Made by a program: the position numbers and the translations under genes. A DNA stretch of 64,000 bases from a virus (lineage: Duplodnaviria > Caudoviricetes): positions 335-64,334 of IMG/VR virus record IMGVR_UViG_3300035134_000062. One strand, 5' to 3'. The first letter of the stretch is position 1. Each line of letters opens with the position of its first letter. Below, piece after piece: positions 52,756 through 61,167 of this stretch. The notes beneath the pieces were generated by a model. That model was not told the origin of the DNA. It made no database searches and worked only from the letters and a program-made list of their open reading frames with translations.

Positions 52756-53067
52756 ATGTTCTCGATGATCGATTTTCTACGACGCAAGCGGAGCGAAGTG
52801 GATTTGAATCTCAAAAGAATTACATTCCATGGCGATGGAGATTTAGCTTATCGTGTCGAGCTACGCAAAGATGGTGGTCCGGATTGCTGTGTGTACTCCA
52901 CGCAGAATGTAGACCTGGCGGAGCGGTGGGCGAGGAGAGAAGTTTGCAGCGCACGCAGAGCTTTTGATTCTGCGGAAGTCTTTGTGACTTGGACTGACTT
53001 AGTCACTGGTGAGAATGGGTACCTGAACACCACCACCGTACACGAAAGCACAGGAAAGGCGTGGTAA
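52756..53067 (+). CDS. Hypothetical protein
   Basis: GAGGAGGG RBS. Confidence 0.65.
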   Translation: MFSMIDFLRRKRSEVDLNLKRITFHGDGDLAYRVELRKDGGPDCCVYSTQNVDLAERWARREVCSARRAFDSAEVFVTWTDLVTGENGYLNTTTVHESTGKAW

Positions 53068-53288
53068 ATCTCTTGAAGCTGAAAGCATACCGAGGACGCG
53101 CCATGCTCAGCTTGCGAAAGAGCTTTACTGATCTGCGTAATCCTCTGAAAGGAAGTTACGGCGTAGACGCAGCATATTGGTGCCTGCAGGGAAAAATCGT
53201 GATGGCTGCTCTAAATCTCTTGATCTCAGATGAGGAGGTAGGTAACTTGGTGGTGCGTGCTACTTATCTGTACAATCGCAGAAGGTAG
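53061..53288 (+). CDS. Hypothetical protein
   Basis: GGAAAGG upstream; overlaps the previous stop. Confidence 0.5.
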   Translation: MVNLLKLKAYRGRAMLSLRKSFTDLRNPLKGSYGVDAAYWCLQGKIVMAALNLLISDEEVGNLVVRATYLYNRRR

Positions 53289-53298
53289 CTTGAGGGAG

Positions 53299-53383
53299 CT
53301 GTAGACTTGAGGGTTCGGGTCCTGTGTGCGGCGTAGCTTGGTCTCCCTCCCAAGCCTGCCCGCAGGGCCCTGCCCACCTACAG
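53299..53383 (+). ncRNA. Candidate structured RNA 2 (long hairpin) displaying UCUCCCUC in an apical loop
   Basis: Intergenic. Nested stems CTGTAG/CTACAG, GGGTCCTGTG/CGCAGGGCCC (two G-U pairs) and GCTTGG/CCAAGC closing the loop TCTCCCTC (53342-49). Confidence 0.65.
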
Positions 53384-53396
53384 AGGGGTTTACGTC

Positions 53397-53855
53397 ATGC
53401 GATTCGCCGCCATACTGTTGCTCACTTCTTGTGGACCGCCGTCGATCATCATCCACAACCCGACGTCGCACCCGGTGCACGAGCCTAGCATCCACTGGCT
53501 TGCCGATGAGCTCTGGCCCAAGGGCCTAGAATTCGATCTTGAAATTTGGTTCACCGCTGCTCGGTGGGGGTTTTCGTGCCCCGAAGGAACAGTACCTGAT
53601 TGGACAAAATGGGATGAGTCTTGGTGCCGCAATCAGGATGGCCTTGCTGAGCTTCCCGGGGGCAAGATGTTGATTCGTCTACATGAGGAGGAGGAAGATC
53701 CTGCGTGCCTGGGCCACACCGGCCTTGTGCACGAGATGATCCACGCCAAGACTGGTGTAGAGAGATACTGGCACGAAGGCGGTGAATGGCTGCGACAAGC
53801 CAAGCTCGAAGAAAAGCTTTATGAGCGGGATCCAAATTGTGGAGGAGAATCATGA
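53397..53855 (+). CDS. Putative lipoprotein with an HExxH zincin motif (paralog of 35772-36293)
   Basis: MRFAAILLLTS-C lipobox; GLVHEMIH. Confidence 0.7.
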   Translation: MRFAAILLLTSCGPPSIIIHNPTSHPVHEPSIHWLADELWPKGLEFDLEIWFTAARWGFSCPEGTVPDWTKWDESWCRNQDGLAELPGGKMLIRLHEEEEDPACLGHTGLVHEMIHAKTGVERYWHEGGEWLRQAKLEEKLYERDPNCGGES

Positions 53856-54436
53856 ACATCACAGTAGATCAGATCATGGAGTGGAAGCCCTGCAAGGATT
53901 GGCCACGTGTACGCATTGAGAAGCTTTTCGGTGGGCGGGGGTCAATCCCATTGGTTGAGATCTTAGAGTGTATGGGGCTTTTTGAATTTGATCGTATTTG
54001 GGTTGGTTGTCATGCGCTACCAGAGACCCGTTGGACTTGGGTTGATCGCGCTCGCCTCTACGCTGCCGATGCTATGGAGGATGTAGGGCTTCAGTGGGCG
54101 GCTGAAGCTTTGAGATCTTTGCCGCAGGTAGTTGATGAGACGACCGCTCGTGATGTCGTGGCTATTGCTGATCATGCGGCTATTGCGGCTTTTTCTGTTG
54201 GGGTTTTTTGTGCAGTCGATGCCACTAAAGCTGCAAAAGTTGCTGCATACACAGCATATGCAGCTTGTGATGGACGTACTGTGGACGCTGCATTTGATGC
54301 CGCCAATGTCTGTGCCGCCTGTACGGCTTGTGCTGTTGATGCCTGTAATGCTGCCTACGAAAAGGCTTATGATGAAGAGATTCAGCAACAGCTCGACATC
54401 TTGATCGCATTGGCGAAGGAGAAGGAAGAATCATGA
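53852..54436 (+). CDS. Ala-rich 'MNITVDQIM.W.PC' family protein
   Basis: DRIWVGCHALPETRW.WVDRAR...ALRSLPQ...YDEEIQ.QLDILI. Confidence 0.8.
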   Translation: MNITVDQIMEWKPCKDWPRVRIEKLFGGRGSIPLVEILECMGLFEFDRIWVGCHALPETRWTWVDRARLYAADAMEDVGLQWAAEALRSLPQVVDETTARDVVAIADHAAIAAFSVGVFCAVDATKAAKVAAYTAYAACDGRTVDAAFDAANVCAACTACAVDACNAAYEKAYDEEIQQQLDILIALAKEKEES

Positions 54437-55002
54437 ACATCACAGTAGATCAGATCATGGAGTGGAATCCATGCGGAGAATGGCTTCGCAAGCATATTGA
54501 AGAAATTTTCAAAGGCAGTAAGTCAGTGTCTTTGGTAGATTTTCTACAGTGTACAGACATCTCTTCGCCTGATCGTATTTGGGTGGGGTGCCACGCGCTA
54601 CCAGAAACCCGATGGATTTGGGTCGACCGTGCTCGCTTTCATGCCGCGGAAGCTATGGAGGTTTTAGGTCTATCAAAGCACGCCGAAGCTTTGAGAAGTC
54701 TGCCGCAGGCGGTTGACGAAAAGACTGCCTGCGCCGTTCGTAGTGCTGCGCGTGCTGCTGATAATGATGCCGTTTCTGATGTTGTCGTCGATGCTGATTT
54801 TACATATACAGGAACTGCGTACGCTGCGTATGCTGCTGTTCGCGCCGCTGATTTCGCTATTGATGATGCCGCTGGCGTTGCCGCAATTTATGTTGCTGAT
54901 GCCGCCGCTGCATGCAGTGAAGATGTCTACGATGAAGAGATTCAGCGACAGCTCGACATCTTGATTACCAAGGCCAAAGAAAGAGAGGGTTCAAATGAGT
55001 AA
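54433..55002 (+). CDS. Ala-rich 'MNITVDQIM.W.PC' family protein
   Basis: Tandem duplicate of 53852. Confidence 0.8.
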   Translation: MNITVDQIMEWNPCGEWLRKHIEEIFKGSKSVSLVDFLQCTDISSPDRIWVGCHALPETRWIWVDRARFHAAEAMEVLGLSKHAEALRSLPQAVDEKTACAVRSAARAADNDAVSDVVVDADFTYTGTAYAAYAAVRAADFAIDDAAGVAAIYVADAAAACSEDVYDEEIQRQLDILITKAKEREGSNE

Positions 55003-55303
55003 GAAAGATTTTGTAGAACATGCCGCTATTTCGATCACGGCTGCGTACGTCGCGAGCACCAGGCCTATCGTAACACGTAATGCTTTAGCAGAATGGAGTA
55101 TAGATGTAGCCCGCGAACTTTGGATGCAGCTTGATCGTGGCGACGTTTCACAGGAAGGATCCGTTCCTACAGTTGTTGGGTCTTGTACGTACTGTAAACA
55201 CGTTGGGTCTCTTTCAAGCTGTGAACCATGTATATCGTGTTACATGAAAGCCCCAAGCAATTGGGAGCATCACTTAACCGACGAAGATGACGAGAGCGAA
55301 TGA
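54995..55303 (+). CDS. Hypothetical protein, 'CxxCKH-PCxxC-PSxWE' family (distant copy)
   Basis: MSKKDFVEHAA...ELW...SCTYCKH...PCISC...PSNWE. Confidence 0.75.
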   Translation: MSKKDFVEHAAISITAAYVASTRPIVTRNALAEWSIDVARELWMQLDRGDVSQEGSVPTVVGSCTYCKHVGSLSSCEPCISCYMKAPSNWEHHLTDEDDESE

Positions 55304-55314
55304 GACCACTCTAA

Positions 55315-55818
55315 TCACTGCAATACACCACGCAGTTGCCACCCTGCCACAAAGCTAAGGCCTACTATTGCGGTGGCTCCAACGATAATGATTGGCACTT
55401 CCAACGCTTGCCACAGACGATCGAGCCATCCGGATTCATGCGCCACACTACCCTTCAGCCACCTTGCTCTTTCCTTCGCTGCAGCTAGATTTGCGGCGTG
55501 CTCGATCTCGATCAATGTTATCCGCTTTAGCTGGTCGAGTTGCGTTTGAAAGACCCATGGTAGCTTGTCGCAAGCGCGGCTTTGTTTCCGAAGCTCTAGG
55601 TTGAGCTCCATAGGTAAGAAGACTCCCGGACCCCATGGCTCTGCATCTTCGTTGGGATACCATTGGCCCTCCGCTGGAGCTATTTGTGGGGGTGGTAGAT
55701 TTGAAGGGAGCGGGGAAACTGCTGGCGCGGTCCACAAGTCGTCTGTGTCTCTGACTATTTCAAGATCTGTGTCGGCGATTTGAACGAGCCCAGTCAGCAA
55801 CATCACTAGGACTTCCAT
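55315..55818 (-). CDS. Lysis-cassette protein with a C-terminal TM segment (possible spanin-like function)
   Basis: Last gene of the late operon; overlaps the upstream TM gene; C-terminal IIIVGATAIVGLSFVAGW; no lipobox seen. Confidence 0.5.
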   Translation of the reverse strand: MEVLVMLLTGLVQIADTDLEIVRDTDDLWTAPAVSPLPSNLPPPQIAPAEGQWYPNEDAEPWGPGVFLPMELNLELRKQSRACDKLPWVFQTQLDQLKRITLIEIEHAANLAAAKERARWLKGSVAHESGWLDRLWQALEVPIIIVGATAIVGLSFVAGWQLRGVLQ

Positions 55819-56068
55819 TAGCGTACTCCTCAACATGGGTATCCGCAGCCTCTAAAGCATCTTTTGCCGTAGTTACAGCGGCGGCTGTATCCGACTTTCC
55901 GTTGGCTTCTACGGCTTCGGTGTAGTCATCCGTTAGATCTGCCACCTCCTTCTTGATGTCCTCACCTACCTTTTCGTTGCTCTTGCCTAGGGCTAGCAGC
56001 ACCAAACCAGCTACACCAGCCAGCACAGCAACGATCCATTGCCATGACTTCGTTATGGCTTTCAGCAT
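55760..56068 (-). CDS. N-terminally anchored lysis protein (i-spanin-like)
   Basis: WQWIVAVLAGVAGLVLLAL followed by a helical soluble region; downstream of the holin. Confidence 0.55.
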   Translation of the reverse strand: MLKAITKSWQWIVAVLAGVAGLVLLALGKSNEKVGEDIKKEVADLTDDYTEAVEANGKSDTAAAVTTAKDALEAADTHVEEYANGSPSDVADWARSNRRHRS

Positions 56069-56073
56069 ACTAC

Positions 56074-56355
56074 TTACTTTGGACCTTCGTTGGATGCCTT
56101 CACGAGTTGAGCTCCGGCCCATTTGTCGCCAACGCGCTTCGCTACCCACAGTCCAAAAATCCATTTTGTGGAATCGATCATTGTTGACACTGCGAATCGC
56201 CAAGATTCGACATCTACATGATCGAACCATCGCATAACACTCGCTATGATGAACGGCATTACGATGATGATTAGGACAAGCAGAAACGTTCTAGCACGCA
56301 CTCCTTTGCTCTTTGAAATCATCTCCACGATCTGTTGTTGTTGCGGTTGCTGCAT
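56074..56355 (-). CDS. Putative holin
   Basis: 93 aa, two hydrophobic segments, basic C-terminus, adjacent to the endolysin. Confidence 0.6.
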   Translation of the reverse strand: MQQPQQQQIVEMISKSKGVRARTFLLVLIIIVMPFIIASVMRWFDHVDVESWRFAVSTMIDSTKWIFGLWVAKRVGDKWAGAQLVKASNEGPK

Positions 56356-56978
56356 TACCTTTTTCTCCTCTTCAAATGGCCAGCTTCGAGTTGCTGCACA
56401 CGTAGAAGTATACCTTGTTTGATTGCACCAATGATCATTGCTTGAACTGAATCTTCAAGCATCGCTGCTACATCATCGACGTTCGACGCAAAACCCATCT
56501 CGCACAACACGGTATCCAGTTGTCCGTATGTGCGAATCACATTGTAAGCTTGCGGGTAATCCTTTTTCGTAGCTGGGGACCCACCGCGAGTGCGGCGTAA
56601 TGGAGGCGGCCACGAACTGGCAATCTGATTAGCAATAGCGCACGTCACACTATTGGTAGGCCAATACAGAATAGTGCCGCCGTAAGTAGCTGGATTTTTC
56701 CACGCATCCACATGCAGACTCACAACAAGATCAGCTTTGCCTTTGGCGGCTATCGATGCGCGTTCCGGCACAGGTACTACTTCGCCGTCCCCTGTACGGA
56801 GCAAGAACGCATCGACCCTGGGGGTTCCATCCAGCTCACGCAACAGCCGGCGCCCCATATACATGGTGTAGTCTGGCTCCTTAATTCTACCGCACCGGGA
56901 GGTTGAACCTCTGTCTCCTTCTTTGCTTGGATGTCCTGGATCGATGGCAACGGAAATATTTTTAGGCATCTCGATCAT
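56355..56978 (-). CDS. Endolysin, N-acetylmuramoyl-L-alanine amidase (Amidase_3)
   Basis: VAIDPGH, E at KEPDY, ADLVVSLHVDA, VLCEMGF.SN..D. Confidence 0.92.
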   Translation of the reverse strand: MIEMPKNISVAIDPGHPSKEGDRGSTSRCGRIKEPDYTMYMGRRLLRELDGTPRVDAFLLRTGDGEVVPVPERASIAAKGKADLVVSLHVDAWKNPATYGGTILYWPTNSVTCAIANQIASSWPPPLRRTRGGSPATKKDYPQAYNVIRTYGQLDTVLCEMGFASNVDDVAAMLEDSVQAMIIGAIKQGILLRVQQLEAGHLKRRKR

Positions 56979-56984
56979 GTTTCC

Positions 56985-57257
56985 TCACTTCAATTGCTTA
57001 ACCATATTGCATAGCTCTCTCATCTGCTCTTGGAGAGCTTCCCGAGTCTCCTGAATCAGCTCGGCTATGGAGGTGAACTGCCCAGCCATCCAGGTGCGCT
57101 GCAGAGCGAGCCGCTCATTGAACTCCCTCTGGTTTTGCATCAGGGTGGCACGCAGGTTGGTAACCTCAATCGTGAGCTTAGTCATAGAAGTGCACTCTCG
57201 GGTATCCGTAGGGCATTGCAGAGGATGGACATTGGAGTCTCTAGGAACCGCGCTCAT
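56985..57257 (-). CDS. Small coiled-coil protein
   Basis: AGAGG RBS; heptad-rich sequence. Confidence 0.6.
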   Translation of the reverse strand: MSAVPRDSNVHPLQCPTDTRECTSMTKLTIEVTNLRATLMQNQREFNERLALQRTWMAGQFTSIAELIQETREALQEQMRELCNMVKQLK

Positions 57258-57261
57258 TGTG

Positions 57262-57558
57262 TCACCTCTTGTTTGATACATTATCGTACCGCTCGTGTAG
57301 CCTATTGACCTTCTGGTCCAGGTGCGTGAGTGCATTGTCCAGCACGCGGAGCTGCCCACGCGTCTCAATCAGAACGATATGAATCTCGCGCAGCAAGTGC
57401 GTGTGCTCCTGGAGGCTCTCCAGGATGCGGTGGGTGAGCCCAGACTGCCGCGGAGGCGCATCCTTCTTACCGCGCTTGAGTAGCAGAGCACCCCAGAAGG
57501 TTCCTGCGCCTCCAATAGCTCCGAGGACCGCCGTCAGCACTTGCTCCAAGTTGCTCAT
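57262..57558 (-). CDS. N-terminal TM plus coiled-coil protein (holin/antiholin-like)
   Basis: VLTAVLGAIGGAGTFWGALLL followed by a coiled coil. Confidence 0.6.
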   Translation of the reverse strand: MSNLEQVLTAVLGAIGGAGTFWGALLLKRGKKDAPPRQSGLTHRILESLQEHTHLLREIHIVLIETRGQLRVLDNALTHLDQKVNRLHERYDNVSNKR

Positions 57559-58679
57559 TGCAGCACCACGTATCTCCAAGTGTAGCCAGACCCGCAGACC
57601 CACAATAGGTCGTCGTCATCTTCATCCGCTTCGACTTTGGTTTTGCCGATGTCGGCCTGCACCGCACAATCGTCATCTGGCGGCTGGCGGTACGTCCGGC
57701 CAAATTTGATGTAACCGTCACTCACTGTTAGATTGCCGGTCTCGATCAGAACGTTACCGTCTTGTACGTGGAGCAACTCGTGCGCGCCGCCGGGGTCTGG
57801 CGCACTCGAAAGGATCATTCTGGTCCCACCGCCTACGCGCACGAATTCTTTACTGACGCGCAGATGGATGGTGCCGGCGCCTGAGTCGAGGTAGGCCACG
57901 TAATCTTTTGCGGTACCCTCATAATCGACTCTGTAAATGGCTCCGGAATCGCCCGGTACATCCACAACATGTACGGAGTAGACGTTGCCTGTATTACCGG
58001 CAAAAACATCAAAGCACGTGTTGTCGCTCGCACACCGCCATTCAGCAAGTTCTCCCCCGGGAAAGACCACAGCGGTTGGGTTGCGGCGATGTCCAGATTC
58101 ATCGTGAATTAGACAATCAACTGGCTCACCATCAGCATCGAAGCACCCAGTCGCATCGTTCTGAAACGTCATGCCTATCCCGTGGCCTCGGTGCTGCACC
58201 CATACACTTCGGCCCAGTTCCACCTCTGGCGTCGTTGCGATCGCAAGTGTCGTCTCAACTCCTGAGCGGCGTTGGACCTGCAACACCGTACCGTCGCCGG
58301 CGTGCTTGCCCACGAGCATCGTTGTACCGGACCCCTCGCCCTTATCTTTAAAGACATATGCCGTCTCAGCGTCTACAACCGTCTCGGCAAACCGCTCTGC
58401 GTAAAGCACCCGTGCCGATGCGTCGGTCCCGTATCCCGACGCAAACGTGGCTCGTGCCATGTGAGAGTTATGACCAAACTTCACTGCCCGATCAAAAGCC
58501 GCAGTCCCCCCAACGTGAAGATCAGCGTCCATGGACGTGCGGCCAACGCCGATCCTGCCATCGCTCTCATAGAGTACCTCGCTGTCGACGCAATAGCACT
58601 CCGCCTCACAGTCCCCTACCTGGATGTAGCCTTCCGTGACCACTGCTGTGCACTGCAACAGCACCGCAAACAAGACCAT
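57555..58679 (-). CDS. Tail fibre/spike-like beta-rich protein
   Basis: DGRIGVG, LHVGG, LLHVQDGNVLI.TGNL.V.DG.IK beta-helix-like motifs. Start reassigned to the ATG after AGGAG. Confidence 0.6.
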   Translation of the reverse strand: MVLFAVLLQCTAVVTEGYIQVGDCEAECYCVDSEVLYESDGRIGVGRTSMDADLHVGGTAAFDRAVKFGHNSHMARATFASGYGTDASARVLYAERFAETVVDAETAYVFKDKGEGSGTTMLVGKHAGDGTVLQVQRRSGVETTLAIATTPEVELGRSVWVQHRGHGIGMTFQNDATGCFDADGEPVDCLIHDESGHRRNPTAVVFPGGELAEWRCASDNTCFDVFAGNTGNVYSVHVVDVPGDSGAIYRVDYEGTAKDYVAYLDSGAGTIHLRVSKEFVRVGGGTRMILSSAPDPGGAHELLHVQDGNVLIETGNLTVSDGYIKFGRTYRQPPDDDCAVQADIGKTKVEADEDDDDLLWVCGSGYTWRYVVLQ

Positions 58680-58689
58680 AGCAGCACTC

Positions 58690-59493
58690 CTAATAGAAAG
58701 GACACGCCGTGCCGACAACATCGCCCATGTCTCGCCAGTCATAGCCCGTCCCGTCCAAATTTGCGCATTGACAATTGCGACCATATGCAGTGTCGTCCGT
58801 GTCGTCTACATACTGCCATGCGCCTTCAATTGACGCGTCGCATGTCGCCGGTTCTGTTGGAGAGGCGTTGATTTGCCGCGGAGGAATGAGCGTATCAGCG
58901 CTCGATACATCCAACGAACCGCTGCCGACAGTCAGAACTGCGTTTGTTTGGTTGTGGGACATGCAGGCGTGGTTCGTGTTGTCCGAGTCCGGGTCTACCG
59001 TCGCAAACGCACAGAAAATCGGATCGGTGGGCACTGCTACATCAAAATCTTTCGACCGGTACGCCGCTGGCACTAGCAATAGTTGGTTGCCGGAATCGGC
59101 ATGCGACGAAACCACTGCCTGGTCATACGTCGGATTTGTGCCAAGTCTAAACCCAGTAGACCCACCACCGCCACTCGCGCTCAAGAACAGGTCATTATGA
59201 TAGAGCTGCAGGTCATGGTACACACGGGTGAGGCCAAGGTCGATACCTGCATAATTCGAATCGTCCCCCAGTTTCATCTGCACCTGCGTCCCAGTGGCGT
59301 ACACCATTGCATACGACGCTGTTCTCGGCCCAAAATGCAGCGAGTCGCCTGCGTTCAACACAATTTCATAGCCGTTCATTTCAATGTCGGCCACAGCAGA
59401 ACCACCCATCTGACACATACTATCTATGTAGAAATCAGGCGGGTAGATAGGCGGTGCTGTCAATAACACGAAAGTCAGAATACTCGTGATCAT
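58690..59493 (-). CDS. Tail fibre-like protein
   Basis: Beta-rich; C-terminal P.TCDAS.EG...YVDD...CQC..DG..Y.W, echoed in the C-terminus of 57555. Confidence 0.55.
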   Translation of the reverse strand: MITSILTFVLLTAPPIYPPDFYIDSMCQMGGSAVADIEMNGYEIVLNAGDSLHFGPRTASYAMVYATGTQVQMKLGDDSNYAGIDLGLTRVYHDLQLYHNDLFLSASGGGGSTGFRLGTNPTYDQAVVSSHADSGNQLLLVPAAYRSKDFDVAVPTDPIFCAFATVDPDSDNTNHACMSHNQTNAVLTVGSGSLDVSSADTLIPPRQINASPTEPATCDASIEGAWQYVDDTDDTAYGRNCQCANLDGTGYDWRDMGDVVGTACPFY

Positions 59494-59504
59494 TATGCTG
59501 TCTC

Positions 59505-59981
59505 CTAGTCCGTAAGGTATGCGTTTTCTGTGACTATGTCACTGGCGGAAGGTGTTCCGCTATGGGTGGTGGTGCAAGACCATGCACGGTACCCACGAAT
59601 ACCAAACCGGAAAGTCCACTTCTTATCCCCCGTCACTGCTTTCTGCGCAATGCCAGCGTCATCCAAAATACACACTCCGTCAGTGACGGAGCCGCACACT
59701 TGAGGCACCTTATCGGCGGTAGAAACACTTTGCCCAGTAGTGCATGTCAGGACTACGTTGCCGTTATTGTCATGGGTGTAATCCATCTCCACTACGAGGT
59801 ATCCATATGAAGATGTAGATCTACCACAAGCACGTGGACCGAATTTGAAATTTACTGTGCCGTTGAGTGGCTTTGCCTTGGCGACAACCCCCGCCACTCC
59901 AAGGTTACAAAATTTCGCATCATCTTGCGCCCATGCAGCCGAACCAAACAACAAACAACCTACGAAAACAAAACTTCTCAT
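59505..59981 (-). CDS. Protein with a predicted Sec signal peptide in the tail region
   Basis: MRSFVFVGCLLFGSAAWA-QDD; AGGAG RBS. Confidence 0.6.
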   Translation of the reverse strand: MRSFVFVGCLLFGSAAWAQDDAKFCNLGVAGVVAKAKPLNGTVNFKFGPRACGRSTSSYGYLVVEMDYTHDNNGNVVLTCTTGQSVSTADKVPQVCGSVTDGVCILDDAGIAQKAVTGDKKWTFRFGIRGYRAWSCTTTHSGTPSASDIVTENAYLTD

Positions 59982-59992
59982 CACGTCTCCTG

Positions 59993-61162
59993 TCATCCTC
60001 TTGCGGATGCTACGATTAACCCAGAATCACCCACCGCTACGAACCTACCAGAAAGGGGAGCAAAGCAAACTTGATTCACATTACCGCCAGCGATACTGAT
60101 GTCTAATTCAGTCCAATCTGCAGCATTTTCCGGGTCGCTCCCATAGCAAACATCATGCGGCGATTGTGCTCCAAAAACTACAAATATCCCGCGAGCCCAA
60201 ACCCCTGCACTTGGGTATATGCGTGGGTAGTAGCTACCATTGACCGATGTAAAACCGTTTGTCGATGCCACCCCTTCACTATCCGCCTGGAAAGATATTG
60301 CATAACCTTGATCTGAGACAGCCAGGAAAAGAGGTCCATTCCCCGAAGAATCGTTATATAATTCTGTCCAAGTATCTCCGTCATCCGCAGAACGTGCATA
60401 ATAGTCTGCCCCTGGGCCTCCAGCAATGAAACACTCATTGTAAGGATCATATACCATGAAAGTATACCCGGCATTCGTTGGCGGTGTAGTGGCTTGGGTC
60501 CAGCTAGTTCCATTGGTGCTGTACTGCCAACCTCCAGTAGTCCCTCCTGTGACAAAAGTACCATTCCCATACGCAATACACCCAAAATCGCCAGAAAAAC
60601 TTCCAGCCGGAGTACGTTGAGTCCATGTAGCTCCTGTAGGAGACGTTTGTATCTCCCCACTTGCACCTACTAATACGAATAATGACGTGTTAGCAGCAAC
60701 GCCAGAAAAAGTTCCAGTATAAGACCCCGCTGCAGTTTCTTGTGCCCAAGTCTCTCCCCCATCATCACTAGACTGAATTTCTCCTGTCTCTCCTGCAGCA
60801 ATGATTGTAGTGTGATCACCAGTAACCCGATCCTCATTGTATGCAATCAGCCGCTCTACTACACACTGAAAATCTCCAGTGTAAGATCCGGCTGCAGTCT
60901 TGGTAGCCCACGACCCCGCCATGCTACGCCCTGCCGATGCATTGATGAGCCTAGCAATCCCGTCTCGTAATTGATGATGGTTGGTCTTGCTTAGTGTAAC
61001 GCCCTCCTCTTCAATTACATACGCGATCTCCTCCTGTACCGCGTCGAACCAGTCTTCGGTGGTCTCTGTAGCGGCGGTAACTCCCGGCTCCCCCTCCGTC
61101 CAGCCATCCTTACCCGTGCCGTGCTTATCAGCCTCAACGTTCGTGCTATCGATCCTATGCAT
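59993..61162 (-). CDS. Tail fibre protein (Mu gp49/S-like N-terminus) with Asp-box/BNR beta-propeller repeats
   Basis: MHRID...FDAVQEEIAYVIE..G.TL.K.N..QL..I; SSDDGGETW, TSPTGATW, YSTNGTSW, RSADDGDTW. Confidence 0.85.
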   Translation of the reverse strand: MHRIDSTNVEADKHGTGKDGWTEGEPGVTAATETTEDWFDAVQEEIAYVIEEEGVTLSKTNHHQLRDGIARLINASAGRSMAGSWATKTAAGSYTGDFQCVVERLIAYNEDRVTGDHTTIIAAGETGEIQSSDDGGETWAQETAAGSYTGTFSGVAANTSLFVLVGASGEIQTSPTGATWTQRTPAGSFSGDFGCIAYGNGTFVTGGTTGGWQYSTNGTSWTQATTPPTNAGYTFMVYDPYNECFIAGGPGADYYARSADDGDTWTELYNDSSGNGPLFLAVSDQGYAISFQADSEGVASTNGFTSVNGSYYPRIYPSAGVWARGIFVVFGAQSPHDVCYGSDPENAADWTELDISIAGGNVNQVCFAPLSGRFVAVGDSGLIVASARG

Positions 61163-61167
61163 TGTTG

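Noticed and set aside
55303-55315. Bidirectional intrinsic terminator at the convergence of the two transcription arms
   Set aside because: The gap is only 11 nt and shows no GC hairpin with a U-tract.
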